Source: a virus
Direction: 5' to 3' (one strand)
DNA length: 64,000 bases
IMG/VR virus record: IMGVR_UViG_3300025093_000011
Location: 49,199-113,198 of that record
Shown here: one piece after another, positions 55,230 to 63,671 of the stretch
How the letters are laid out: every line of letters begins with the position of its first letter
Position numbering within the stretch: the stretch's first letter is position 1
The notes under the pieces: generated by a model
What the model saw: the letters and a program-made list of their open reading frames with translations, nothing else
Databases searched by the model: none
Told to the model about the DNA's origin: nothing
Program-made: the position numbers and the translations under genes

Positions 55230-55727
55230 TTATAAATCAAATTCAACATTGATAGGTTTACTTACTACTTTAGTTTCATTTAAACCTATTCCTATTAATG
55301 CCTTCAAAGCTTCATCAGTGTCACTTATGTTAAATTTATTCTTAAATAATTCTATCTTATTTAAGGTTGACAAATTTAAATAAATTTGTTTAAGCTTGTA
55401 AGGTCTTTTCTTTTTAAGTTCTACTGGGAACTTAAATGGATACTTATGTGCCAGGTGTAGTGTGTTAATCTCAAAAGTCCAATCATCTTCTTTTTCTAAA
55501 CTTAAGATGACTCTCTTCTTTGCATAACAAACACTTGACCTTTCTATGTTTACTAATTCTGAAATAAATTCTTCAGTAAAACCAAACTTATAATACAATA
55601 CAGAGATTAAATAATTTCTCTGGTCAATATGAAATCTTGTTTTAGTTTTCTTCTCTAGTGTTGGAAGAAGCCTCTTGATGTCATTCATGATATCAGAAGC
55701 TGTATACTTTCTATTAAATTTTTTCAT
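55230..55727 (-). CDS. Putative HTH DNA-binding protein (DnaA domain IV-like)
   Basis: RNYLISVLY...TEEFISELVNIERSSVCYA. Confidence 0.5.
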   Translation of the reverse strand: MKKFNRKYTASDIMNDIKRLLPTLEKKTKTRFHIDQRNYLISVLYYKFGFTEEFISELVNIERSSVCYAKKRVILSLEKEDDWTFEINTLHLAHKYPFKFPVELKKKRPYKLKQIYLNLSTLNKIELFKNKFNISDTDEALKALIGIGLNETKVVSKPINVEFDL

Positions 55728-55906
55728 ATAAAAAACGGAAACAGGAATCCTTTTATTTCAGAAACAAAAGGTCCTATAATTAATGTTTTAATAAAACTAT
55801 GATTTTGACTGTAGTTATACCAAAAGTATAACATAAATCCTTGTGATAAAAATAAATATAAGTATACCAACACTACAACTAAAGTTTTAAAGTTGTAATT
55901 GTTCAT
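55724..55906 (-). CDS. Small membrane protein
   Basis: 60 aa, hydrophobic. Confidence 0.55.
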   Translation of the reverse strand: MNNYNFKTLVVVLVYLYLFLSQGFMLYFWYNYSQNHSFIKTLIIGPFVSEIKGFLFPFFI

Positions 55907-55910
55907 TTAG

Positions 55911-56195
55911 TTAATTTAATTTAGATAGATCTGCAGAATCTGTATTAATAAAATATTCTTCTCTATTTTCAATTTCAATATCAAATGGAAAAATTATAAA
56001 TCTTTCTGCATCATATGATTCATAGGGCATAGACTTTGAAGATAGTTCAACTTCTTTTAATAAAACCCCATACTTACCAGCCTGAAAACCTAATCTTACT
56101 ATACTTCTAACAGTATATACAACACCAGCTTCTATCCATTCCTCTTCAGGAATTTCAGGTGGTTTATTTTCATCATCAATACAAATTGCTTTCAT
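55911..56195 (-). CDS. Hypothetical protein
   Basis: 94 aa, MKAICID...YTV...YDAERF. Confidence 0.65.
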   Translation of the reverse strand: MKAICIDDENKPPEIPEEEWIEAGVVYTVRSIVRLGFQAGKYGVLLKEVELSSKSMPYESYDAERFIIFPFDIEIENREEYFINTDSADLSKLN

Positions 56196-56436
56196 TCTCT
56201 AATTGTTCTATAGAAGCTTCAATATTTAATTCAGAAAATGTACTTACAATGTCATACATATCATCAAAGCTCCCTGATTTTATATCAACTTTACCAGTTG
56301 TATCTGCTATTATAGCACATTGCTCTGCTTGTATAGGAGTATGGTTACATAATCTAACTAAGCAGGACATTATATATTGAAACGAATGATTATCATCATT
56401 ATATAAAGTAACTTTATGTGTTTTCTCTATTGCCAT
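56176..56436 (-). CDS. clpS: Clp protease adaptor ClpS-like protein
   Basis: VTLYNDDNHSFQY...LCNHTPIQAEQCAII...GKVDIKSG matches the Bacteroidota-type ClpS core. Confidence 0.82.
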   Translation of the reverse strand: MAIEKTHKVTLYNDDNHSFQYIMSCLVRLCNHTPIQAEQCAIIADTTGKVDIKSGSFDDMYDIVSTFSELNIEASIEQLENESNLY

Positions 56437-56440
56437 TATA

Positions 56441-56455
56441 ATATAATATACTAAA
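56441..56455 (-). promoter_or_regulatory. Promoter-like 15-mer TTTAGTATATTATAT
   Basis: Identical to 1526-1540 (+); lies immediately upstream of clpS. Confidence 0.45.
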
Positions 56456-56476
56456 AAAGGCTGAGAAAATGAAGAC

Positions 56477-57586
56477 TCAGCCTAGGTTTATGTTATAGTT
56501 TGACCACACTATTTTGGAATCATCAAAAGTATTTAAGGCCTCTTTGACCCACTTTTCATCAACAGTTCCTGTATAGCATAGTATATGAATTATTGCTTTC
56601 TCATCAGGATTTAATCTCAATAGTCTACCAATTCTTTGGGCAGACTTTCTTTCATTACCATATGCATGCATAATAATACCTTGTCTTAATTCTGGTATGT
56701 TTACACCTTCATTTAACTGCAATACGGCTGATAGTTTTTTAATTAAACCTGACTTGAACATTTCTAGATTAGATTCTGATTCATCATTACCACTGTGATA
56801 ACTATGACTGACTAATCTATCTGCTTGATCTTTTGTATTAGCAAACACAATACATTTATCATTGATTGCTTCCAAAAGTTTCTTGGTGTATTTCTCTTTA
56901 CTAGGATACTCCATCATGGCTTTCATTCTCATAACTCTCATCATATGAGAACCTTTTCCAGTAGAAGTATCTATTCTTGTACCCCAATAGTTATAGTTAT
57001 TAAGTTCACTAGTTCTAAATGATTTATTTTTAGTCTGAACTAAATAATTTGATTTAGTTCCTAAACTTAACTCATGAACTATAATTTGATAATCATTAAG
57101 AATATTATTTTCTACTGCATTATCAGTAACAAACTCATAAACTATAGGACAGAATTCATTCACAAGTTGACCCTTCTCAAACTTTGTACTTTTAGGTTTA
57201 GTACCTGTTAATCCAAGTATTTTACCGTTATAGTTATCTAAAAAGGCTCTGTGTGAGTTTAATAGGCTATGACATTCATCTAGATAGATTATATCATAAT
57301 CTTTAGGATTCTGCTTTACAAGGCTCCTATATGTTGTAAAGGTTACATTGTTTAATAAGTTTTCTTTATCAAACTTTTTAGCTTCAGCTCTCCAGGAGTC
57401 AAATAATACAATCTTTGGAGCTACTACAAGTACATTAAGTAGTGGTGAATAGTTATATTCTAAATGTTTTAAAGCAACAAGTGTTTTACCTACACCGGTT
57501 GCTAAACCTATACCACATCTTTCTTTACCTTGAGTAGCTTTTAAAGCTTCTTCTTGGACACTGTCCCTGTTAACTACTGCTTCCAT
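56477..57586 (-). CDS. Superfamily 2 helicase (UvsW/ResIII-like)
   Basis: ATGVGKT, LDECH, GLTGT, LNEGVNIP, QRIGRLLR. Confidence 0.88.
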   Translation of the reverse strand: MEAVVNRDSVQEEALKATQGKERCGIGLATGVGKTLVALKHLEYNYSPLLNVLVVAPKIVLFDSWRAEAKKFDKENLLNNVTFTTYRSLVKQNPKDYDIIYLDECHSLLNSHRAFLDNYNGKILGLTGTKPKSTKFEKGQLVNEFCPIVYEFVTDNAVENNILNDYQIIVHELSLGTKSNYLVQTKNKSFRTSELNNYNYWGTRIDTSTGKGSHMMRVMRMKAMMEYPSKEKYTKKLLEAINDKCIVFANTKDQADRLVSHSYHSGNDESESNLEMFKSGLIKKLSAVLQLNEGVNIPELRQGIIMHAYGNERKSAQRIGRLLRLNPDEKAIIHILCYTGTVDEKWVKEALNTFDDSKIVWSNYNINLG

Positions 57587-57800
57587 TTTCTAAAGTTTTT
57601 AAGTAGTTAAATACTCTATACCATATAGCAGCACCGGTAACTTTAACTAATTCATTAGAAGTTACAAGTGAAGCTTGTATAGCTGCATCCCATTCTTTTT
57701 TTGTACCTGCATTTTCATTATTATTATGCAGTTTAATCAATCTTGTTGCTGCTGCAATGATTGTAGATTCATCTATTTCAGTAGTTTTTTGTTCTAACAT
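57570..57800 (-). CDS. Hypothetical protein
   Basis: 76-aa ORF in the operon. Confidence 0.6.
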   Translation of the reverse strand: MLEQKTTEIDESTIIAAATRLIKLHNNNENAGTKKEWDAAIQASLVTSNELVKVTGAAIWYRVFNYLKTLENGSSS

Positions 57801-57804
57801 AGTG

Positions 57805-58209
57805 TTATTTTAAATAGTTTAACTTTCTTGATTCTTCTGGATGACTATGTATCCAATTATGACAATTCCTACAAACAGGAATCCAAGTACTTTGAATTAA
57901 ATAATATACATCTCTGTTGCTTCCAGCATAAGTGTGATGTATATCAGTTGCTTTCTTTGTACAATCAACTCTATTGATTTTACATAAAGGGTTCTCATTA
58001 AGATATCTTCTTCTTAATTTAAGATATTCAGCATCTTTCTTTTTTCTTTTAGAAGACACATGAGGGATAGACACGTTTGGTTTCTGTGACTTATTACTAC
58101 TGCTTTTGTGGCAACTCCAGCAATATTTGCAATATCTATTACCCTCATGGTTCTTCCATATGACAGTCATCTTTTGACAACCGTCACAGGTTTTAAGTTT
58201 TGGCTTCAT
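57805..58209 (-). CDS. HNH endonuclease-like protein with an N-terminal zinc ribbon
   Basis: CDGC...CKYC; C....DC...ATDIHH...VCRNCHNWIH. Likely ATG at 58209. Confidence 0.75.
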   Translation of the reverse strand: MKPKLKTCDGCQKMTVIWKNHEGNRYCKYCWSCHKSSSNKSQKPNVSIPHVSSKRKKKDAEYLKLRRRYLNENPLCKINRVDCTKKATDIHHTYAGSNRDVYYLIQSTWIPVCRNCHNWIHSHPEESRKLNYLK

Positions 58210-58384
58210 CTTTTGGTACACCTTTATTTACATAATGCTCAAGTAACTCAAGCTTTTCATATGTGGATCTAGGTCTATTGTTTTTATACCAATAGTTTTC
58301 TGTTCTAACTGTTCTCCAATCTTCTAGATCAAAATTTTTAGTTAAATCAAAAAACTTTTGGTCAATATATGATAATTCACTCAT
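58193..58384 (-). CDS. Hypothetical protein
   Basis: 63 aa, with a 4-nt overlap with the upstream gene. Confidence 0.55.
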   Translation of the reverse strand: MSELSYIDQKFFDLTKNFDLEDWRTVRTENYWYKNNRPRSTYEKLELLEHYVNKGVPKDEAKT

Positions 58385-58872
58385 TTCTTTAAACTTGGTA
58401 ACTTAGGTGGTGCTTCTTTTAAACTTGAAAAGTTTTGTGGAAGAATACCCTCATTCATAAAGATACGAATAATTTGTTTTTTATCAATATTTAAATCTTT
58501 AAAATTTAAAGTGTTCTTAAATTTAGGATCTGTATCAGTACTATTCAACATGAATTTTGTAAATTCCGTATCAGGGAACCATTTATTAAATATGTTATTA
58601 GTTACTGCTATAAGTCTCTCTTGTTTAAACAGATTTAAAACTTTTTGAGCTCTGTAATGAACATTAGATATTCTTTTCTTTTTCTTACTACACATAGCAT
58701 TAAGCTCTTGTTTACTTATACCTTTAAGACCATATAAAGCTCTCTTATAACGAGCATTTTGATATGGAGAATAAGTATCTACTTCATACTTTGTATATAA
58801 ATTGTTTCTATATATTTGATAGCCTTCTAAACTACCAGAATATTCAAATTTACTAGTCGGTTTCTTTTTCAT
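58381..58872 (-). CDS. Hypothetical basic protein
   Basis: Start placed at ATG 58872 because the longer track start crosses a terminator hairpin. Confidence 0.6.
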   Translation of the reverse strand: MKKKPTSKFEYSGSLEGYQIYRNNLYTKYEVDTYSPYQNARYKRALYGLKGISKQELNAMCSKKKKRISNVHYRAQKVLNLFKQERLIAVTNNIFNKWFPDTEFTKFMLNSTDTDPKFKNTLNFKDLNIDKKQIIRIFMNEGILPQNFSSLKEAPPKLPSLKK

Positions 58873-58899
58873 TCTTTCAATTTTTAAATAATTATTATC

Positions 58900-58939
58900 A
58901 AAATAAAAATAATGGGAGATATCTCTACCTCCCACTATT
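58900..58939 (-). terminator. Intrinsic terminator after the SSB-like gene
   Basis: Minus strand reads AATAGTGGGAG-N10-CTCCCATTATT followed by TTTATTTT. Confidence 0.65.
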
Positions 58940-58967
58940 CTTTTATACACACATAAAGTGTTTTAGA

Positions 58968-59450
58968 TTATCCTATTTGGAAATCTGATTCTTCTGACAT
59001 TGCAGCAGCTTTTTGAGCTTCATATGCAGCTCTAAGTTCAGCTTTATTATCATGCTGAACAAGAGTATCCACTTTACTACCTGTAGGATCCCATACTGTT
59101 TTACGATAAATAGGTGCTCCACCTACTGTTAAAACAATACCTGTGTCTCCTGCTTTCTTTATATCATTTGCAGGATCTTTAGTATTAAAAGGCTCCATTG
59201 ATTCTAAGACTTGAATCTTACCTTCAACAGCTTTTCCTTCATACCAGTTTAACCCTTGTAAAGTTTCAATTGTACCTTGAAGTAAAGTAGAAACTGTTTT
59301 AAACACTGCAAATCCACCATCATCAACAGAAATTTTTTGTTGTTTTAGTATAATATTGCCATACTCTGGATTCTTTGCACTTACATTAATAATTGCTTTA
59401 GTTTCTTTATTAGCAACTACTCTTACTGGGAATTCATTGTTAGTTTCCAT
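58968..59450 (-). CDS. Putative ssDNA-binding protein
   Basis: 160 aa, beta-strand-like pattern, acidic-aromatic tail SEESDFQIG, own terminator and a pseudoknotted leader. Confidence 0.5.
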   Translation of the reverse strand: METNNEFPVRVVANKETKAIINVSAKNPEYGNIILKQQKISVDDGGFAVFKTVSTLLQGTIETLQGLNWYEGKAVEGKIQVLESMEPFNTKDPANDIKKAGDTGIVLTVGGAPIYRKTVWDPTGSKVDTLVQHDNKAELRAAYEAQKAAAMSEESDFQIG

Positions 59451-59487
59451 GATTAATTAAATTTTAAATAATAAATAAATAGATTTT

Positions 59488-59529
59488 TGAGCACTAAATA
59501 CTGTATCTACAATTGCTCAGATGTAGATA
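59488..59529 (-). promoter_or_regulatory. H-type RNA pseudoknot in the 5' leader
   Basis: Interleaved perfect stems: TATCTACA(59504-11)/TGTAGATA(59522-29) and TGAGCA(59488-93)/TGCTCA(59514-19). Confidence 0.65.
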
Positions 59530-59552
59530 AGTAAACTTAATTTATAAGTTAT

Positions 59553-59810
59553 TTACAAGTTATTTTTTATTCTTTTGATATCTTCTGCAGATATTTCAAT
59601 AGGGTCATCAAAATCTAATGATGGAAATTCTTTCTCATCATCTGATTTTGTTTTTCTTGACTTTAATGCAGAACCGCTGAATGGGTTTACTATATGATCT
59701 CCACAATCATGAGCTATTAAATATTGTATATCTTCATCAGTGAGGTCTAAGAATTCCTCTATTGATAAATATACAACCTTTCCGGTGGGTAATTGATAGT
59801 TCATAATCAT
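59553..59810 (-). CDS. Hypothetical protein
   Basis: 85 aa, YQLPTGKVVYLSIEEFLDLTDEDIQYL. Confidence 0.65.
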   Translation of the reverse strand: MIMNYQLPTGKVVYLSIEEFLDLTDEDIQYLIAHDCGDHIVNPFSGSALKSRKTKSDDEKEFPSLDFDDPIEISAEDIKRIKNNL

Positions 59811-59881
59811 GTGTTAATAAAAATACGTTATAAATTTTAAATAGTTGGACTATAAATTATTTTTATTTACATTATATAGCT

Positions 59882-59913
59882 AATAAAGGGAAGTTTTTAT
59901 ACTCCCCTTTATT
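59882..59913 (-). terminator. Intrinsic terminator-like hairpin
   Basis: AATAAAAGGG...CCCCTTTATT inverted repeat in an intergenic gap. Confidence 0.45.
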
Positions 59914-59960
59914 ATTCTGCTGGAAAAAATACATCCGACTAGAATATATTTTCTTTAATA

Positions 59961-60422
59961 CTAAAACTTATCTGTAATCTTTTTAATCTTTTCTATTTCA
60001 TAATTACCAGTTGTTTCAATTTCATCTGCTCTAATAGAATCTGAGTAAGCTTTATTAGATCCATAGACTACTCTATAATTAGAATAACCATGCCAACCTA
60101 AGAAAGAAGTTATCTTACAATAAACATAACCTTTAGCATCTAAAAGACCATCTTTAATTAAATCTTGCTCATGCTGAGCAACATTATAAAGATGATCCTT
60201 ATGTACTTTACAAATAGTACCATATGGTAATACATCAGGTAGACCGTTACCATACATTATTTTAAATAGATTACTTGCACCTTGTGTATTATCTAATACC
60301 ATATAAGATAATAGATTTGCTAAATCTGTAGCTTGTTTACCTTTTAAAGACAAGCTATTTTTTATAATTTTGTGGACATCATCCTCTGTGACATCCACAC
60401 TAACTGTTTTCTTAATCTGCAT
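59961..60422 (-). CDS. Hypothetical protein
   Basis: Likely start MQIKKTV; the track start at 60464 overlaps the upstream gene. Confidence 0.6.
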   Translation of the reverse strand: MQIKKTVSVDVTEDDVHKIIKNSLSLKGKQATDLANLLSYMVLDNTQGASNLFKIMYGNGLPDVLPYGTICKVHKDHLYNVAQHEQDLIKDGLLDAKGYVYCKITSFLGWHGYSNYRVVYGSNKAYSDSIRADEIETTGNYEIEKIKKITDKF

Positions 60423-60753
60423 CTCTAAAAAATTGTTTAAGCATATTATCTCTATCTCTATCAAGACTGTTTTTAATCATTAAGATTGCAAACTCTTGAG
60501 ATACAAAACATACCTCATTAGTATGTTTGCATTTATCTACAACTTCTTTTAATGTAGGTATAGGTAAACCGTCATGTTTACTTAATGCAGAAATTATATA
60601 TAAACGAAGTTCTTCAACTCTTTCATTAGATATTCCTAATGCTTGATGTAATAATTCTGCATATTCATCTATAATTAATAACTGAATCTTCTCATAATCT
60701 CGAAGTTCAATCTTTTTTTCTTTTCTAAATAATTTTCTAAAAAATTTCTTCAT
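60412..60753 (-). CDS. Hypothetical protein
   Basis: 113-aa ORF. Confidence 0.6.
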   Translation of the reverse strand: MKKFFRKLFRKEKKIELRDYEKIQLLIIDEYAELLHQALGISNERVEELRLYIISALSKHDGLPIPTLKEVVDKCKHTNEVCFVSQEFAILMIKNSLDRDRDNMLKQFFRDAD

Positions 60754-61054
60754 GATATGTAATTAATATGTAAAACATCGTAGCTATTACAGCTATCATA
60801 GTGTACCTTGCACAATTAAATTCAAACTTCATACCCAAATATAGATTTTCACTGACATCTATTTCATGCTGTAATTTTTGAAGTTGTTCTTGAGCTTCTT
60901 CCTCACTCACATCTAATAAATTGTTTAAGGATTTTTCAGAAATAATGCTCATCCTATATTTCAGATGAGCAATATGTCTTTCTAGTTTTCTAAGCTTCTT
61001 CTTCACAAGAAGTAGTATTGCTGTCTCCATATGCATCACAGTGAACAGATGCAC
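60737..61054 (-). CDS. Hypothetical coiled-coil protein with a C-terminal TM helix (start uncertain, probably later)
   Basis: Hydrophobic C-terminus TMIAVIATMFYILIT. Confidence 0.5.
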   Translation of the reverse strand: MHLFTVMHMETAILLLVKKKLRKLERHIAHLKYRMSIISEKSLNNLLDVSEEEAQEQLQKLQHEIDVSENLYLGMKFEFNCARYTMIAVIATMFYILITYHEEIF

Positions 61055-61151
61055 ATGAAGAAAAGATTAAAGCAAAGCTTACTACAATAGTAAACCATGC
61101 TAGAACATGGATAACTCCACGTCTATTTAAGTTAATAAATATTGACTTCAT
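60990..61151 (-). CDS. Small lipoprotein, 53 aa, absent from the ORF track
   Basis: MKSIFINLNRRGVIHVLAWFTIVVSFALIFSS-CASVHCDAYG...; lipobox FSSC. Confidence 0.6.
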   Translation of the reverse strand: MKSIFINLNRRGVIHVLAWFTIVVSFALIFSSCASVHCDAYGDSNTTSCEEEA

Positions 61152-61163
61152 AATTTGTAGTTT

Positions 61164-61382
61164 TTATAATTCAACAATGAAATCACCAATAGTTCCCATC
61201 AAAGTTTCATGATGTAAACGTACTAGCTCTCTCTTAATTTCAGTAAGTTTCTCCATAGTAAATGTATCAATTCTATAAATCTCTTTAACTTGATTCATAT
61301 CAATACGTTCATTATACATAGTTAAATGTAAATCAATTATGGATTCAATCATAGGTGTTCCAATCATAGTAATTCCAGTCAT
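61164..61382 (-). CDS. Hypothetical protein
   Basis: Likely start MTGITMIG at 61382, just after the upstream 45-aa ORF. Confidence 0.5.
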   Translation of the reverse strand: MTGITMIGTPMIESIIDLHLTMYNERIDMNQVKEIYRIDTFTMEKLTEIKRELVRLHHETLMGTIGDFIVEL

Positions 61383-61392
61383 AGTTAAGTTT

Positions 61393-61530
61393 TTAATAAG
61401 TATTGTATTTAATAATTCTGAGTTCTGTTCCTTCATCTGCTCTTTTCATAGCAACATCTCTATTTGCGGTGAAGAACTCTTTACCACCACGTAAATAAAT
61501 GTAATAAGTTGATTCTGTATCCCAGTTCAT
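61393..61530 (-). CDS. Small hypothetical protein, 45 aa (MNWDTESTYYIYLRGGKEFF...), absent from the ORF track
   Basis: Translated by hand; fills the gap after the stop at 61557. Confidence 0.5.
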   Translation of the reverse strand: MNWDTESTYYIYLRGGKEFFTANRDVAMKRADEGTELRIIKYNTY

Positions 61531-61556
61531 TGGTATAAATTTTAAAAGTTTAATAA

Positions 61557-62171
61557 TTAAAAAGGTAAGTCATCAGTTACTGATACAAGTATCTTCTCTA
61601 TCTCTAATGAATTCTTGTTAAGTTCATTACCAAGAAATTCAGGAGACATAAGATATGTACCAGTAGTTTCATCAAAGTTAGTAAAAACATCATTAATATT
61701 TTTCTTTGTCAAAGATTTAATCCTTGCATTGATAAAAGAAAAGATAGGATTTACTGCTTTTATAATCTCTATATGCTCTTGTGCAGTCTTAAAGTTCAAT
61801 AAACCTTGACTAACACAACGCATTTGAAAATATCTTTGATGACAACTAGCACTGTAATGTAATTCATAGTCATTACCTAATACATTTATAACATGACCAT
61901 TTAACTGAATCATTTTATTACCTAACATTTTTAGTAAGTACTGTGTACCAGGCATATGTTTATGTAAGTCAAACGTGTATTTAAAAGGTATTTCAATAGC
62001 ACCATGGTAACTATGTGTATCAATTTCACATGTTTCACTAATATGCATATCAAAATAACTATTAAATATAGTTATTGAATTCTTGTTACCTGCAGTACAT
62101 ATTTCAGTAGAGGTGGCATGACCTTTACGGAGCTCACCTCTTCTTTTTCTATTAATAAGTTTATAATTCAT
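61557..62171 (-). CDS. Hypothetical protein ending in an SSB-tail-like DDLPF
   Basis: 204 aa; C-terminus VTDDLPF. Confidence 0.65.
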   Translation of the reverse strand: MNYKLINRKRRGELRKGHATSTEICTAGNKNSITIFNSYFDMHISETCEIDTHSYHGAIEIPFKYTFDLHKHMPGTQYLLKMLGNKMIQLNGHVINVLGNDYELHYSASCHQRYFQMRCVSQGLLNFKTAQEHIEIIKAVNPIFSFINARIKSLTKKNINDVFTNFDETTGTYLMSPEFLGNELNKNSLEIEKILVSVTDDLPF

Positions 62172-62172
62172 A

Positions 62173-62541
62173 TTATTTTATTTCATAATTTACGATAACA
62201 TAATCATCAGGAATAGATTCATTGTACTCAAACTCTAAAGTCTGAATCCAATTTAATATCTCTCCCTTATAGCAATGGTCATAGATATAAAGTCTTTCTG
62301 ATTTAGATAGACCGTGTATCTCTTCAGCTTTATCAAAGTATTTAAATGATAAAGTTTCTGTAGCTCCCTCTATACCATCTTCATTAGCATCTAATATTGT
62401 TAAACCAATATCATCAAATACTTCTGCTGATGCATTTGGGTGAAGAACATATAGTTCTCTGCCTTCATTGTCCTGATTCATAGGGACAACAACTCCTGCA
62501 CTAAGCAGGAGATTGAATATAATCATAGTAATAGTTTCCAT
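62173..62541 (-). CDS. Hypothetical protein with a hydrophobic N-terminus
   Basis: 122-aa ORF. Confidence 0.6.
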   Translation of the reverse strand: METITMIIFNLLLSAGVVVPMNQDNEGRELYVLHPNASAEVFDDIGLTILDANEDGIEGATETLSFKYFDKAEEIHGLSKSERLYIYDHCYKGEILNWIQTLEFEYNESIPDDYVIVNYEIK

Positions 62542-62543
62542 AT

Positions 62544-62963
62544 CTAAAAAGGGTTTTTAAATTTATCATCTTTTCTTAAGTAAAGAACTCTCTTGTCTCC
62601 GTGTGTAGATATAGTAAAACCTGTTGTAACTCTACGAGTTTCTGAGTTTCCATAATCATCAACTTGTTCTACAAAATAAGATGCCTCACCTGTAACATAG
62701 AAATAACCTACATCTTCAATGTTAAAGTCTATTACACTGAATTCTTTTAAACAAGAAGGATGATACCCAACACATAAAGTTTTGGTTTTCCACATTTCTA
62801 CTACAGATAACTGAGACATATCATTAAATGGTAGTCTTCTCTTGTCATATAGAACAACACAATCAACGCTATCAAGCACCTTTAAGAATCTTTTTTCATT
62901 GTCCTTTTCAATATTGATTTTCTTTTTACTTGCAAAATCATAGCAAAGTTTAATTTTACTCAT
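62544..62963 (-). CDS. Hypothetical protein
   Basis: Likely start MSKIKLCY at 62963. Confidence 0.6.
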   Translation of the reverse strand: MSKIKLCYDFASKKKINIEKDNEKRFLKVLDSVDCVVLYDKRRLPFNDMSQLSVVEMWKTKTLCVGYHPSCLKEFSVIDFNIEDVGYFYVTGEASYFVEQVDDYGNSETRRVTTGFTISTHGDKRVLYLRKDDKFKNPF

Positions 62964-62997
62964 GGTGTGTGTATTAAATAAATAAATAAATAAGAAT

Positions 62998-63305
62998 AAA
63001 AAGGAGGACAAACGGGATGAAGAAAATTTGCAATTTTAAAGTGTCTGCCCTCCTATAATACTTTTAAGGATTAAAGTATAAAACCTTTCTTGTTTAAAGC
63101 ACAAGAACAACTTACTAGTTAAATGTTTGGCTAAATGCTTGGTGCATCATTCTGCATTTAATTAAGGACAATATCTCACCAGTGTCCACCAATACAACGG
63201 TGGGTCCCCCTCCATAGTCAAACAAACTATATGTCCTAATACTAAAATAGTGCACTATCTTTATGTATTACTCTTTATAATTCTCCGTCAGGGGGCCCTG
63301 TTTCT
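62998..63305 (-). ncRNA. Candidate structured non-coding RNA ending in a terminator-like stem
   Basis: About 340-nt gap with no long ORF, at least eight inverted repeats and GC-rich long-range stems. Confidence 0.4.
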
Positions 63306-63347
63306 TAAAAGTTTCCTCTTATCTTCTAAAACATATTCATCTCCTTT

Positions 63348-63671
63348 TTATAAGTTAAGATAAGTAGTTTTAGAAAGAATGTTTGGATCTTTCTTTACAA
63401 TATTAAACCAAGATTTCCCATCATACTCACCAAAGGTTATCTCTTCATCTTCATGTAAATCAACTTTAGCTAATCTATAACCTCCTTCTTCAGCATATTT
63501 CTTAAAGAGTTTTTCCGTATACATATCTTCTGTATACTCCAAATCTTTAAGTAATATCTCATACCGCATCTCTTGTTTTACAATTGCTCTCTTGAGTTCA
63601 TCAAGAGTATTGCATACCTTAAAGAATTCTGTTCCATAACTGTGTTTATCAGCTGTGTATACTGTTTTCAT
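63348..63671 (-). CDS. Hypothetical protein
   Basis: 107-aa ORF. Confidence 0.6.
   Translation of the reverse strand: MKTVYTADKHSYGTEFFKVCNTLDELKRAIVKQEMRYEILLKDLEYTEDMYTEKLFKKYAEEGGYRLAKVDLHEDEEITFGEYDGKSWFNIVKKDPNILSKTTYLNL

Noticed and set aside
35460-61809. Short + strand ORFs in the - strand block (e.g. 36497, 38267, 39924, 41312, 45956, 46246, 47985, 54436, 56159, 56825, 61615)
   Set aside because: They are antisense to well-supported genes; only 51511-51855 occupies its own space.
63280-63306. Hammerhead-like core fragments (GAAAC...CUGACGGAG) on the - strand
   Set aside because: CUGANGA is not matched exactly, and I could not build the three required stems.
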